The notes beneath the pieces were generated by a model, which had not been told where the DNA came from, ran no database searches, and was given only the letters and a program-made list of their open reading frames with translations. Position numbers and translations under genes: made by a program. From Candidatus Omnitrophota bacterium (GTDB lineage Bacteria; Omnitrophota; Gorgyraeia; Gygaellales; Profunditerraquicolaceae), in contig JAPLLX010000001.1 in NCBI GenBank assembly GCA_026387335.1, forward strand, positions 16,489 to 80,488: a stretch of DNA of 64,000 nucleotides. The letters run 5' to 3'. Shown here in pieces: positions 37,104-46,726 of this stretch; the stretch's first letter is position 1; every line of letters starts with the position of its first letter.

Positions 37104-37343
37104 ATGGCAGACAAAGTAATGAAAGTAGGAGTAAAGAGGGCGAAAGGTTATCTCTATTATATTGACAAACAGGGTGATGTCTCTTGCGCTAAGATGGCCA
37201 GAGGCTCTAAAAAGGGAGGTAGCCCCAAGAAGGTAGCGAAATGCGGTATCAAAAGAAAAGTAGGCTACCTTTATTTCTTGGATAAGAAGGGTGATGTTTC
37301 CTGCGCCAAGATGAAAAGAGGCGGGAAGAAGAAAAAGAGATAA
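37104..37343 (+). CDS. small (80 aa) highly basic protein made of two tandem ~35-aa repeats (KxGxKRxxGYLYxxDKxGDVSCAKMxRGxKK); function unknown
   Basis: ATG 37104 preceded by GAAGGGGGG RBS. Internal repeat visible at the protein level. Followed by a strong terminator. Confidence 0.45.
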   Translation: MADKVMKVGVKRAKGYLYYIDKQGDVSCAKMARGSKKGGSPKKVAKCGIKRKVGYLYFLDKKGDVSCAKMKRGGKKKKR

Positions 37344-37355
37344 TATGCAGTCAAA

Positions 37356-37412
37356 AAAGAAGCCCCTGTAAGTTATAGTCTTATCTAAACATTTACAGGG
37401 GCTTCTTTTTTT
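37356..37412 (+). terminator. rho-independent terminator (16-bp perfect stem, 21-nt loop, T8 run)
   Basis: aaagaagcccctgtaa / ttacaggggcttcttt, then tttttttg. Confidence 0.6.
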
Positions 37413-37428
37413 GTTATAATCTAATCCT

Positions 37429-38190
37429 ATGTTAGAAGGAAAAAAGATCATAGTGGTAATGCCGGCTTATAATGCCGAACACACCTTAGAGCAGACTTAC
37501 CTGGATATTCCCCGGAGCCTGGTTGATGAAATATTAGTCATCGATGACCATAGCCGGGATAAGACCGTGGAAGTCTGCCGTAAGTTAGGCCTGCAGGTAT
37601 TTGTGCATAAGAAAAATAAGGGCTATGGCGCCAACCAAAAAACTTGTTATAAAGAAGCGTTAAGCAGGGGGGCGGATATAGTAATTATGCTCCATCCTGA
37701 CTACCAATACCCGCCTAAGTTAATCAACGCTATGGCTGCCTTGGTCGGCTCAGGGATGTTTGATATTGTCTTAGGCTCAAGGATTTTAGGCGGTTTTGCC
37801 TTAAAGGGCGGCATGCCCAGGTATAAATATATAGCTAACCGTTTGCTTACTTTTTTCCAGAATATAATCTTAGGCCAGAAACTCTCCGAATATCATACCG
37901 GCTATAGGGCGTTTTCCAAAGAGGTCTTACTTAAACTGCCGTTATTGGAGAATTCGGATGATTTTGTTTTTGATAATCAAATCCTGGCGCAGGCAGTACA
38001 CTTTGGGTTTCGTATAGGCGAAATAACCGCGCCTTCGCGCTATACCCGGGAATCATCGTCTATATCGTTAAAGAGGAGTATCGTCTACGGCTTTAGCGTG
38101 ATTGGGACAACCGGGGCATTTTTAGCGGAAAAGTTAAAACTAGCTAAATTTAAAATATTTAGTCCCCATGGCCACAAAATCGACTTATAA
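37429..38190 (+). CDS. family 2 glycosyltransferase (polyprenyl-phosphate sugar synthase, DPM1/ArnC-like)
   Basis: IIVVMPAYNAE...IDDHSRDKT...DxD-like and QxxRW-region features of GT2. 253 aa. Confidence 0.8.
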   Translation: MLEGKKIIVVMPAYNAEHTLEQTYLDIPRSLVDEILVIDDHSRDKTVEVCRKLGLQVFVHKKNKGYGANQKTCYKEALSRGADIVIMLHPDYQYPPKLINAMAALVGSGMFDIVLGSRILGGFALKGGMPRYKYIANRLLTFFQNIILGQKLSEYHTGYRAFSKEVLLKLPLLENSDDFVFDNQILAQAVHFGFRIGEITAPSRYTRESSSISLKRSIVYGFSVIGTTGAFLAEKLKLAKFKIFSPHGHKIDL

Positions 38191-39367
38191 ATTAATTTTT
38201 TTCTTAGTCCTTGTTTTAGCGGTCACCTGTATTTCGGGGAGCCTGAAAAATGTGCAATTCGCTTCCGGGGCGGATGAGGGGTATTATTTTCAGTATGCCT
38301 CTTATATAGGGCAGAACGGTCTTCAGGGGTTCGCGGGTCTTTTTAAGGAATATACCCAAAATCAGCAGCATTGGCTTTTTCCTAACCCCTTAAGGATAGG
38401 TTTTATTATTTTATCCAGTCTCTGGCTTAAGGCCTTCGGGTACTCCTTTATAAATTTAGCCTACCTTTCTTTATTTTGTTATCTTCTTTTCTTAGGCGTA
38501 TCGTATTATTTCTCCAGGAAATATTTAGGCGAAAATCTAGCTTTGTTATTTGTGATCCTATTGGCCTTTTCTCCGCTTCAAATGGCCATGGCCAGGCGCG
38601 CGCTGATAGAGAGCGCCGTGATTTTATTTTTAAGTCTAGCGGTATGGTTATTCTGGGATTTCCTAAAATCCAGAAGCAGGTTAAAATTCGCGCTTTTTAT
38701 TGCCGCCTATTCCTTAAGCATTTTAATTAAAGAGACCAGCGTATTATTGACTCTTGTTTTTTTATCTTTTCTTATCGTGGATAAACTTGTCTGTAAAAAG
38801 GAATTCAACTTCAAGGAATTCGCCGCCATCTTATTTCTACCGTTTATTTGCGTAGGCTTGGTTTATCTGGTTTTAGGTTGCCTGCCTTATATGCCTAGCG
38901 CTATAAAAATAATCTTAAATTCGCCTCAGGCTAATACCTACGCCCTTCTTTTTGGCTCCGGGCCCTGGTATCGCTACTTAATAGATTATGCGCTGCTTTC
39001 TCCCTGGGTGGTTATTTTAACTATTAGCTTTATCTTTTGTTATTTTGTAAACAAAGAAACCGATGATTTGCCGCTATATTTTATAATTGTCTTCCTGGTT
39101 AATTTTATCTTGTTTGATATTTTCACCAAGAATCTGCGTTACGTGATTATTTTAGATATACCCATGCGTTTATTCTCGGTCCTTATGCTGCAGAAAATCG
39201 CCCGGAGGATTACTTGGCGTTACGCTATCCCGTTAGCCTGTATGTTAGTAATCGGGATCGCGCTATCCGATTATTTTAATTTTCGTCATTTATTTGTCCA
39301 AGTTGGTATCTATGACCCGGTAAGTTTCCTCTTGCTCCAAGCCAAACACATCATTCCGCATAATTAG
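38168..39367 (+). CDS. polytopic membrane GT-C-type glycosyltransferase (PMT_2 / ArnT-like)
   Basis: About 11 TM helices. DE motif (GADEGYY) in first extracytoplasmic loop, as in PMT/ArnT family. Overlaps GT2 gene end. Confidence 0.5.
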   Translation: MATKSTYKLIFFLVLVLAVTCISGSLKNVQFASGADEGYYFQYASYIGQNGLQGFAGLFKEYTQNQQHWLFPNPLRIGFIILSSLWLKAFGYSFINLAYLSLFCYLLFLGVSYYFSRKYLGENLALLFVILLAFSPLQMAMARRALIESAVILFLSLAVWLFWDFLKSRSRLKFALFIAAYSLSILIKETSVLLTLVFLSFLIVDKLVCKKEFNFKEFAAILFLPFICVGLVYLVLGCLPYMPSAIKIILNSPQANTYALLFGSGPWYRYLIDYALLSPWVVILTISFIFCYFVNKETDDLPLYFIIVFLVNFILFDIFTKNLRYVIILDIPMRLFSVLMLQKIARRITWRYAIPLACMLVIGIALSDYFNFRHLFVQVGIYDPVSFLLLQAKHIIPHN

Positions 39368-39371
39368 AAAA

Positions 39372-40793
39372 ATGCACAGAAAATTTATAATTTTATTATT
39401 GCTAGCGGTGCTTTTGATTTATTCCAGCTCCCTGCGTAACGGTTTTGTTTTAGACGACCAGGTTTTAATTGTGGAGAACCCCTTGATTAAATCCGGGGAG
39501 GCTAAAGCAATTTTTAGTTCCAGTATTTACGATTTGCCTAAAACCTACAGGCCCATTCAGCAGCTCAGCTATTCTTTAGATTATAAAATATGGGGGCTTA
39601 ATCCGTTCGGTTTTCATTTAAGCAATATCATCCTGCATATTTTAAACAGCGTTTTAGTTTATTTTATTATTTGTTTAATAGCGACTATTCCCCTGGCCCA
39701 AGCAGCCAGCCTGATGTTCGCGGTCCATCCGGTTAATTCCTCGGTTGTCGCCTATATAGGAGGGAGGGCGGATAGCTTAGCGGCTTTATGCATGCTTTTA
39801 AGTATCCTGTTTTTCAGAAGATTCACCCTGCCAAGTTCTAAAAAGAATTATATTTTAAGTTTATTGTTTGCGTGGCTGGCGCTTTTATGCCGCGAAAGTT
39901 CCCTGATCCTTCCTTTGTTGTTATTCCTAGTTTTATCTATTAACCCTTCGGGCCTTAAGAGGTTTAAATATATTCTTCCTTTTTTGGCGCTGGATTTAGC
40001 GTATATCATTTTAAGGGTAAAAGTATTTGGAGCTCAGGCATTCTGGTTGCCCTTTAGCGGACTGCCCCTGTTCTTTAACGCGCTGAATTTTCTTTATATA
40101 ATCTTAAAATATTTAAATATTTTGATTCTACCGTTAAACCTGCATATGCTCAGGACAACCCCTTTTATAATAAGTTTATTAGATCCTCGAGTTTTATTTA
40201 CTTTTCTGATCCTTACTTTACTTGGTTTCTTTTTGTTTAAGGAAAGGAAAAATAAGCTAGTCCTTTTTGGGGCGGCTTGGTTTTTTTGCGGGCTTATCCC
40301 TGTTTTCTTTCTTTTATCCGCTTACCCCTGGCTTAAAGCGGCGCTGCTAGCGGAAAGCTGGTTGTATTTACCCTGCGTAGGGGTATTTCTTCTGGTCGCG
40401 CTTATCATGAAAAAGTTATCCCGCGTAGGAAAGTTTTTGTTTATAATAGTTGTTATTATATTTTCATTATTGACTTATCAGGCCAACGACTATTGGAAAG
40501 ATAATCTCAGCGTTTACCGGAATATATTGAAGTATCTGCCCCAAGAGAATCCCGTGCGCAAAAATTTAATCCGGGAATATTTACGCCTCGGGATGTATGC
40601 TGAAGCAGCGACGGAATTAAAAAAATTCAGCCAAAGCTATCCGGAAAGCAGCGAGCGTTTTGTATTAGAGGGTGATTATTATTTTGCCAAGGGGGAACTG
40701 GCGCAAGCCCGGAATAGTTATACCGAGGCTTTGCTAATTAACAAATATGACCCCCAAGCCCTGGAGAAATTAAGAATATTACAAGAGCGATAA
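39372..40793 (+). CDS. TMTC-like membrane glycosyltransferase (DUF1736 domain) with C-terminal TPR repeats
   Basis: N-terminal FVLDDQVLIVENP...YRPIQQLSYSLDYKIWGLNPFGFHLSNIILH is the hallmark DUF1736/PMT-like block. TPR repeats in the last ~100 aa. Confidence 0.6.
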   Translation: MHRKFIILLLLAVLLIYSSSLRNGFVLDDQVLIVENPLIKSGEAKAIFSSSIYDLPKTYRPIQQLSYSLDYKIWGLNPFGFHLSNIILHILNSVLVYFIICLIATIPLAQAASLMFAVHPVNSSVVAYIGGRADSLAALCMLLSILFFRRFTLPSSKKNYILSLLFAWLALLCRESSLILPLLLFLVLSINPSGLKRFKYILPFLALDLAYIILRVKVFGAQAFWLPFSGLPLFFNALNFLYIILKYLNILILPLNLHMLRTTPFIISLLDPRVLFTFLILTLLGFFLFKERKNKLVLFGAAWFFCGLIPVFFLLSAYPWLKAALLAESWLYLPCVGVFLLVALIMKKLSRVGKFLFIIVVIIFSLLTYQANDYWKDNLSVYRNILKYLPQENPVRKNLIREYLRLGMYAEAATELKKFSQSYPESSERFVLEGDYYFAKGELAQARNSYTEALLINKYDPQALEKLRILQER

Positions 40794-40795
40794 AA

Positions 40796-43582
40796 ATGCA
40801 GAATGAATTTATGATTATCCGCGGAGCCAAAGAGCACAACCTTAAGAATATAAGCCTTAAGCTTCCCCGCAATAAACTTATAGTGGTCACCGGTTTATCC
40901 GGTTCAGGCAAATCCAGCCTCGCCTTTGATACTATTTACGCCGAGGGCCAGCGCAGGTTTATGGAGAGCCTTTCCAGTTATGCCCGCCAGTTCCTGGAGC
41001 AACTGCAGAAACCGGATGTAGAATATATATCCGGGCTTTCTCCTTCGATCGCTATTGAGCAGAGAAAAGCGGGAAGCAACCCCCGTTCTACTGTGGCCAC
41101 CCAGACAGAGATCTACGATTATTTCCGGCTTTTGTTTGCCCGCGTCGGTAAAATATTTTGTTATCGCTGCGGCGCTCAGATAGAAAGGCAAAGCGCGCAG
41201 GAGATTGTTGAAAGAATAATGGCGCTTCCCCAAGGCACGGATATTCAGATACTGGCGCCCTTGGTCCGGGGTAGAAAAGGGGAGTATAAAGATATATTTA
41301 GCGGGATTCAAAAGTCCGGGTTTGCGCGGGTGCGCCTGGATGGCAAAATTTATGAGTTGCCCCTTAAGGTTGAATTAGCCAAATATAAAACCCATAATAT
41401 AGAAGTTGTGGTGGACAGGCTGACCATTAAAGACGGGCTGAAAAACCGGCTTACCGATTCAGTGGAAACAGCGCTAAAGGCTGGTAAGGGCATTGTGATT
41501 ATAAGCGCTAAGGAAGATATGGTTTTTAGCGAGCAATACGCCTGTTCAAAATGCGGGGTAAATTACGCGGAGGTAGAGCCGCGCGTTTTTTCTTTTAATT
41601 CGCCTTATGGGGCCTGCGCTGAGTGTAATGGCCTGGGGACCAAGATTAAATTTAATCTGGATTTGGTTATTCCCGATAAAAGTAAATCCATCAACGCGGG
41701 AGCCATTGCTCCCTGGAAAAGAGGAGGCCGGGGCTACATCCTTTATTACCGTTGGCTCATCCGGGAATTAGCCGCCAAGCGGCGTTTTAATCTGGATACC
41801 CCGTTCAATAAATTATCTAAAGAAAATCAGCAGGCGATACTTTATGGCTCAGAGGAATTTATAGGTAATAAGCCATTTGAGGGAGTGATCCCGCATCTGG
41901 AAAGGTTATTCCGCGAATCAGATAGCGATTATCTGAAAGAAGAGATTTCCAAATTTATGTCTAGTTCAGCCTGTCCTTTGTGTAAAGGAGCCCGGCTTAA
42001 GAAAGAGAGCCTGGCGGTTAGGATTAGCGGCAGGAACATCTGGGAGATTAGTTCGATGTCCATTAAAGAAGCGCGTAATTTCTTTACCGGCCTTAAACTA
42101 AACGCTAAGGAAAAGCTGATCGCCCGGCAGGTTTTAAAAGAGATAACCCAAAAGCTGAAATTCTGTATTGATGTCGGGTTAGACTATTTGACCTTGGATA
42201 GAAAAAGCGCCACCCTTTCCGGGGGCGAGGCACAGAGGATCCGCCTGGCTACTCAGGTTGGCTCAGGCCTAGTCGGCGTATTATATATATTGGATGAGCC
42301 CAGCATTGGTTTACACCAGCGGGATAACGCTAAGTTGCTGGCTACCCTTAAATCATTAAGGGATTTAGGCAATACCCTGCTGGTAGTCGAGCATGACGAG
42401 GCGACTATACTCAACGCGGATTATATTGTGGATTTGGGCCCCGGGGCAGGCAGGCATGGCGGAGAGGTAGTTTTCTCGGGGACAAAAGAGGAGCTCTTAA
42501 AGGATGAGCGTTCTTTGACCGCTAAATATCTAAGGCGGGAATTGAAAATAGATTTACCCAAGGCCAGGAGAAGCTGGCAGAGCAGAAAAGTTTTGGAGAT
42601 AAAAGGGGCAGCTGAACATAATCTTAAAAATATCAATGTTAAATTCCCTTTAGGCACTTTTATCGGAGTCACCGGTGTATCGGGTTCAGGAAAATCTACA
42701 CTTATTGATGAAACATTGTACCGCGCGCTGACGCAAAAGCTTTACCAGTCCAAAGAAAAGCCCGGGCTTTTTAAAAAAATTACAGGAGCGGAGTTTATTG
42801 ACAAGGTTATTGTGGTGGACCAGTCGCCAATCGGCAGGACCCCCCGCTCAAACCCGGCTACCTACACGGGTGTTTTTAGCCATATACGGGATATATTCGC
42901 GCGTCTTCCGGAGTCGCGCGTCCGGGGATTTAAACCCGGAAGATTTTCTTTTAATGTTAAGGGAGGCCGCTGCGAGGCTTGTAGGGGTGACGGGATAAAG
43001 AAGATCGAGATGCATTTTCTTCCTGATGTCTATGTGAAATGCGATATTTGTAAAGGTTTAAGGTTTAATGAGGCGACTTTAGCCGTGAAATATAAAGGTA
43101 AATCTATCGCCCAGGTTTTGGAGATGACTATAGAAGAAGCCCGGGAATTATTCAGTAATATTCCAAAAATAAAGAATACGCTGGCTTATCTATTTGATGT
43201 CGGGTTAGGCTATATTCAGCTTGGGCAATCCGCGACCACCTTATCCGGCGGAGAGGCGCAGAGGATTAAGCTTTCCAGCGAATTAAGCCGGCGCTCAACC
43301 GGAAACACGCTTTATATGCTGGATGAACCGACTACGGGTCTGCATTTTGCCGATGTAGATAAACTAATCAACGTATTGCAAAGGTTGGTAGATAAGGGCA
43401 ATACCGTGATTGTAATCGAGCATAATTTAGAGGTGATCAAGAGTGTTGATTATATTATTGATCTGGGCCCGGAAGGCGGAGACAAGGGAGGCCAGCTTTT
43501 GGCAGCCACCAGCCCCGATGAGCTTATTAAGAACCAAAGATCCTACACGGCGCAATCCTTAAGAAAGGTGTTGCTAGATTGA
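40796..43582 (+). CDS. uvrA: excinuclease ABC subunit A
   Basis: Two ABC ATPase modules (GLSGSGKSSLAF, GVSGSGKSTL), LSGGEAQR signatures, zinc-finger Cys clusters. 928 aa. Confidence 0.95.
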   Translation: MQNEFMIIRGAKEHNLKNISLKLPRNKLIVVTGLSGSGKSSLAFDTIYAEGQRRFMESLSSYARQFLEQLQKPDVEYISGLSPSIAIEQRKAGSNPRSTVATQTEIYDYFRLLFARVGKIFCYRCGAQIERQSAQEIVERIMALPQGTDIQILAPLVRGRKGEYKDIFSGIQKSGFARVRLDGKIYELPLKVELAKYKTHNIEVVVDRLTIKDGLKNRLTDSVETALKAGKGIVIISAKEDMVFSEQYACSKCGVNYAEVEPRVFSFNSPYGACAECNGLGTKIKFNLDLVIPDKSKSINAGAIAPWKRGGRGYILYYRWLIRELAAKRRFNLDTPFNKLSKENQQAILYGSEEFIGNKPFEGVIPHLERLFRESDSDYLKEEISKFMSSSACPLCKGARLKKESLAVRISGRNIWEISSMSIKEARNFFTGLKLNAKEKLIARQVLKEITQKLKFCIDVGLDYLTLDRKSATLSGGEAQRIRLATQVGSGLVGVLYILDEPSIGLHQRDNAKLLATLKSLRDLGNTLLVVEHDEATILNADYIVDLGPGAGRHGGEVVFSGTKEELLKDERSLTAKYLRRELKIDLPKARRSWQSRKVLEIKGAAEHNLKNINVKFPLGTFIGVTGVSGSGKSTLIDETLYRALTQKLYQSKEKPGLFKKITGAEFIDKVIVVDQSPIGRTPRSNPATYTGVFSHIRDIFARLPESRVRGFKPGRFSFNVKGGRCEACRGDGIKKIEMHFLPDVYVKCDICKGLRFNEATLAVKYKGKSIAQVLEMTIEEARELFSNIPKIKNTLAYLFDVGLGYIQLGQSATTLSGGEAQRIKLSSELSRRSTGNTLYMLDEPTTGLHFADVDKLINVLQRLVDKGNTVIVIEHNLEVIKSVDYIIDLGPEGGDKGGQLLAATSPDELIKNQRSYTAQSLRKVLLD

Positions 43583-46065
43583 AGATGAGAATGACTCGGA
43601 TAATTTTAGTCTTTCTGTTGGCCTGGGCTCCTTTAACCCAGGTGTTTCCTGACGATATTTCGTCAGCTGCCTCTAAGCCTAAAGAAGAAGAGACGCTTTT
43701 TATGGCTAAAAAGGCCCTGGAAGATGGTTTTTATGAGGTCAGCCTCGGACTTTTAGAGCGCTTTCTGAATAATTACCCGGATTCTCCTTCGGTTATAGAA
43801 GCAAATTTATTAGTTGGCGAATGCTACTTTCATCAGAATAAGTTTATGGATGCCCTGCTCAAGTTTGAGATGCTTTTAAAAGACTCCCGTTCAAAAAATA
43901 TCAGAGACGCTCTCTATTATTGGATTGCCGAAGTCAATTTTAAAGGTAATAATTTTAATCAGGCTATTCTGAATTATAAGAAGATTATCCGGGAGTTTCC
44001 GGCGTCTTCCTATGTGCCTGTTGCTTATTATTCTTTGGGTTGGTGTTTATTCCAGGAACAGAAATTTAAAAGCGCGTTGGAATATTTTAGGGCTTTAGCA
44101 GAAAAATACCCTAAGGAGCCTCAGAGCAAGGACGCCTTGTTTAAGATTATAGAGTGCCTGTACAGCTTAAAGGATTACACCGGTTTAAAAAATAGGATAA
44201 GCCCCTCTATAGCGGCTTTAGCAAAAGACCCCCTGCGCCTGGCCTACCTTTATTTCTATTTAGGCGAAGCCAACTATTATCTGGGTAACTTTGAAGAAGC
44301 GCTCGCCGCGTATGCTAAAGTTTTAGGGCTTAATCCGGATGAAAAAATGCAGGCTTTATGCAAACTGGATTTAGCCTGGAGCTACCTGAAATTAAAACGC
44401 TATAAAGAGGCTGAAGATGTTTTCTGGAGTTTAAAGCAGGAGGATTTGGAGAAGCGCAGCCGGGATATTCTATTGTTAGGTAAAGCCCTGCTTTTTATGG
44501 AGACTAACCGGATAAATGAGGCTATAAAATTATACGAAGAATTATTAGCGCTAACTAATGACCCTTTAATTTCCGCTCAGGGTAGTATCGGCAGGGCGGA
44601 TGCCCTCTATAATTTGGCGGATTACTCGCTTGCTTCCGGGGCCTATAAAGACGCGTTAGCCAAAATAAATCTTAAAGATATGCCTGCTCAAGCGGTTGAC
44701 AAATTGCGTTATAACTTAGGATGGTCTTTATTCAAACAGGGAGATACTAAAGGGGCGATTAAAGAATTTCAAAAGGTGGTTGATTCGAGCGCCGATACTA
44801 CGCTTAAATTGAGCGCTCTTTGTCAGATAGGAGACGCCTATCAGGAAGGCGCGGATTTTAAGGGATCCGAAGAAGCGTATAGTTTATTATTAAAGGAATA
44901 CCCGGGTTCTGCTTATAGCGATTACGCCCTCTATCAACTAGGGGCGGTATTTTTAAAAGATTCCCAAACCGATCAAGCTATTTTAAACCTTGCTAATTTA
45001 GTAAAGAGTTTTCCTGAGTCGCAATTTTTTGATGATGCTGTCTATACCCTGGGGTTGGCTTATTTTAACGCGCAGGATTATAATTCCGCTAAAAATACCC
45101 TCAAAAAATTCTTGCTTGAACTAAAGGATAGCGGTTTAAAACCCAAGGCGCTTTATCTATTGGGTAATTGCTATTATAATTTAGGGGATTATTCTTCGGC
45201 AATACAAACTTTTAAGGAGGTTACTAAGCTTTCCGGATCACAGGTACAGCTATCCCAGAAAGCCGAATATGGGGTTGCGGATTCTCTTTATCAGGCGGGG
45301 GAAGAAAAAGAGGCCTTGGCTAGGTTTAAGGCCCTGCGTTCAAAATATCCGGATTCTGCTTTCACTCCCGAGATCATTTGGTGGCTGGGCAGTTTTTATT
45401 ATCAACACGCTGAGCCGGATCTGGCAGCCAGGTATTTTTCCTCGCTTATCCGGGATTTTTCCGGTAGTTATCTGTTAGCGGATGCCTATTACGCGCTGGG
45501 TTTGGTTTTCGCCGAGGAGTCCAAGAATAAAGAGGCTTTGGAGAGTTTTCAGAAAGCCCTGGATTTAAATAAACCGGAGATTTTGCCTAAAGCCTCTTTA
45601 GCCATAGCGGACATATATACGCTTGAAGGTAAATTTGATTTAGCCTTGGATTTATATAAAGATGTGGCTAGGAATTATCCCAATTTAAGCGACTCTATTT
45701 CTTTAAAAATAGCGGAAGGTTTAGCCAAAAAAGGCGATTACAATGCTGCCTTGGATTACTACCGTAATGGCTTAAAAGGCGTAGCTCTAAAAGACGCCCA
45801 AAAATTGCATTTTAAAGTGGCTGAGATCCAGGAGGAGAGGGGTAATATTGATGACGCGATAAAAGAATATCTTGAGGCGGTTAATTCTGCCCAGCAGGAT
45901 AATGTTTTAACGGCGGAAGCGTTTTTTAGATTAGGACAGATTTATGAAGATAGGGATAACTCTCCAGAGGCCCTGAGCATATATAAAAAGATATTGCAGA
46001 TGAATATAGCGGAATCCGGGAGCGCGCAGGAAAGGATAAATCGGATTGAAGCAGCGGCAAAATAA
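43579..46065 (+). CDS. secreted tetratricopeptide-repeat protein (YbgF/Tol-Pal-like TPR arrays)
   Basis: Signal peptide, then repeated TPR-like motifs (YxLGxxYY.., A...Y) throughout 828 aa. Confidence 0.7.
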   Translation: MKMRMTRIILVFLLAWAPLTQVFPDDISSAASKPKEEETLFMAKKALEDGFYEVSLGLLERFLNNYPDSPSVIEANLLVGECYFHQNKFMDALLKFEMLLKDSRSKNIRDALYYWIAEVNFKGNNFNQAILNYKKIIREFPASSYVPVAYYSLGWCLFQEQKFKSALEYFRALAEKYPKEPQSKDALFKIIECLYSLKDYTGLKNRISPSIAALAKDPLRLAYLYFYLGEANYYLGNFEEALAAYAKVLGLNPDEKMQALCKLDLAWSYLKLKRYKEAEDVFWSLKQEDLEKRSRDILLLGKALLFMETNRINEAIKLYEELLALTNDPLISAQGSIGRADALYNLADYSLASGAYKDALAKINLKDMPAQAVDKLRYNLGWSLFKQGDTKGAIKEFQKVVDSSADTTLKLSALCQIGDAYQEGADFKGSEEAYSLLLKEYPGSAYSDYALYQLGAVFLKDSQTDQAILNLANLVKSFPESQFFDDAVYTLGLAYFNAQDYNSAKNTLKKFLLELKDSGLKPKALYLLGNCYYNLGDYSSAIQTFKEVTKLSGSQVQLSQKAEYGVADSLYQAGEEKEALARFKALRSKYPDSAFTPEIIWWLGSFYYQHAEPDLAARYFSSLIRDFSGSYLLADAYYALGLVFAEESKNKEALESFQKALDLNKPEILPKASLAIADIYTLEGKFDLALDLYKDVARNYPNLSDSISLKIAEGLAKKGDYNAALDYYRNGLKGVALKDAQKLHFKVAEIQEERGNIDDAIKEYLEAVNSAQQDNVLTAEAFFRLGQIYEDRDNSPEALSIYKKILQMNIAESGSAQERINRIEAAAK

Positions 46066-46070
46066 AGATG

Positions 46071-46098
46071 TTGACTTAAGCGGCATTTCTTATAAAAT
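46071..46098 (+). promoter_or_regulatory. possible sigma70 promoter TTGACT-N16-TAAAAT
   Basis: TTGACT 46071-46076, TAAAAT 46093-46098, just upstream of the wHTH ORF. Confidence 0.3.
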
Positions 46099-46116
46099 GA
46101 AGGCCTGGAGGAGAAA

Positions 46117-46323
46117 ATGATTACAGAAATCGGTATAGTTGCTGGTGATATATGGCATTTCCTGGATCAGCACGGAGAGGCCACCTTGACTGAATTGGGC
46201 AAGGGAGTAGATAAATCCCGCGACAATCTTCTTATGAGCCTGGGTTGGTTGGCCAGGGAAGGTCACGTAGTTTTGCAACGGGCAGGCAATGACTATAAGA
46301 TATCTTTAAGAAAAGATGCCTAA
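46117..46323 (+). CDS. small winged-helix-like protein (68 aa), hypothetical
   Basis: Size and pattern (TLTELGKGVDKSRDNLLMSLGWLAREGHV) suggest a wHTH fold. Overlaps next ORF start. Confidence 0.35.
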   Translation: MITEIGIVAGDIWHFLDQHGEATLTELGKGVDKSRDNLLMSLGWLAREGHVVLQRAGNDYKISLRKDA

Positions 46324-46723
46324 TCCGGAAGCTAACGAAAGCGGCATAGTCCTAATCATCGTTCTAGCTATAATATTAGTCGTGGTTATCTTGTCCGGCG
46401 CTATGCTCAGGACCATTATCAGCCAGTCCCGTTTGACGCATCATCAGGTAAGCAGGATCAAAGCTTATTATGCCGGTAAAGGCATGATGAATTATGTCCA
46501 GGATATGCTTAGAAAGGGGACCTGGACAGCGGATACCACTAACAAAAAATACGCCTGTCATAGAGATTGCTCTGGTTTAGGCGTTCCCGCGCCCAACTAT
46601 ATAATACCTACTGATAACGATATCCTCTATAATATTCTAGTTACTATTTATCCCCTTAACCAGGCTTTAAGTAATACAGTTACCCAGTTAGATATAAAAA
46701 CAGAATATACCTACACTCCATAA
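46316..46723 (+). CDS. PilX N-terminal-domain-like membrane-anchored protein (putative pilus-associated minor component)
   Basis: ESGIVLIIVLAIILVVVILSGAMLRT resembles the PilX_N hydrophobic segment. No canonical G/FTLIE prepilin site. Confidence 0.35.
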   Translation: MPNPEANESGIVLIIVLAIILVVVILSGAMLRTIISQSRLTHHQVSRIKAYYAGKGMMNYVQDMLRKGTWTADTTNKKYACHRDCSGLGVPAPNYIIPTDNDILYNILVTIYPLNQALSNTVTQLDIKTEYTYTP

Positions 46724-46726
46724 TAA

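Noticed and set aside
42798-42998. 66-aa + strand ORF inside uvrA in another frame
   Set aside because: Alternative frame of a highly conserved gene. No support.
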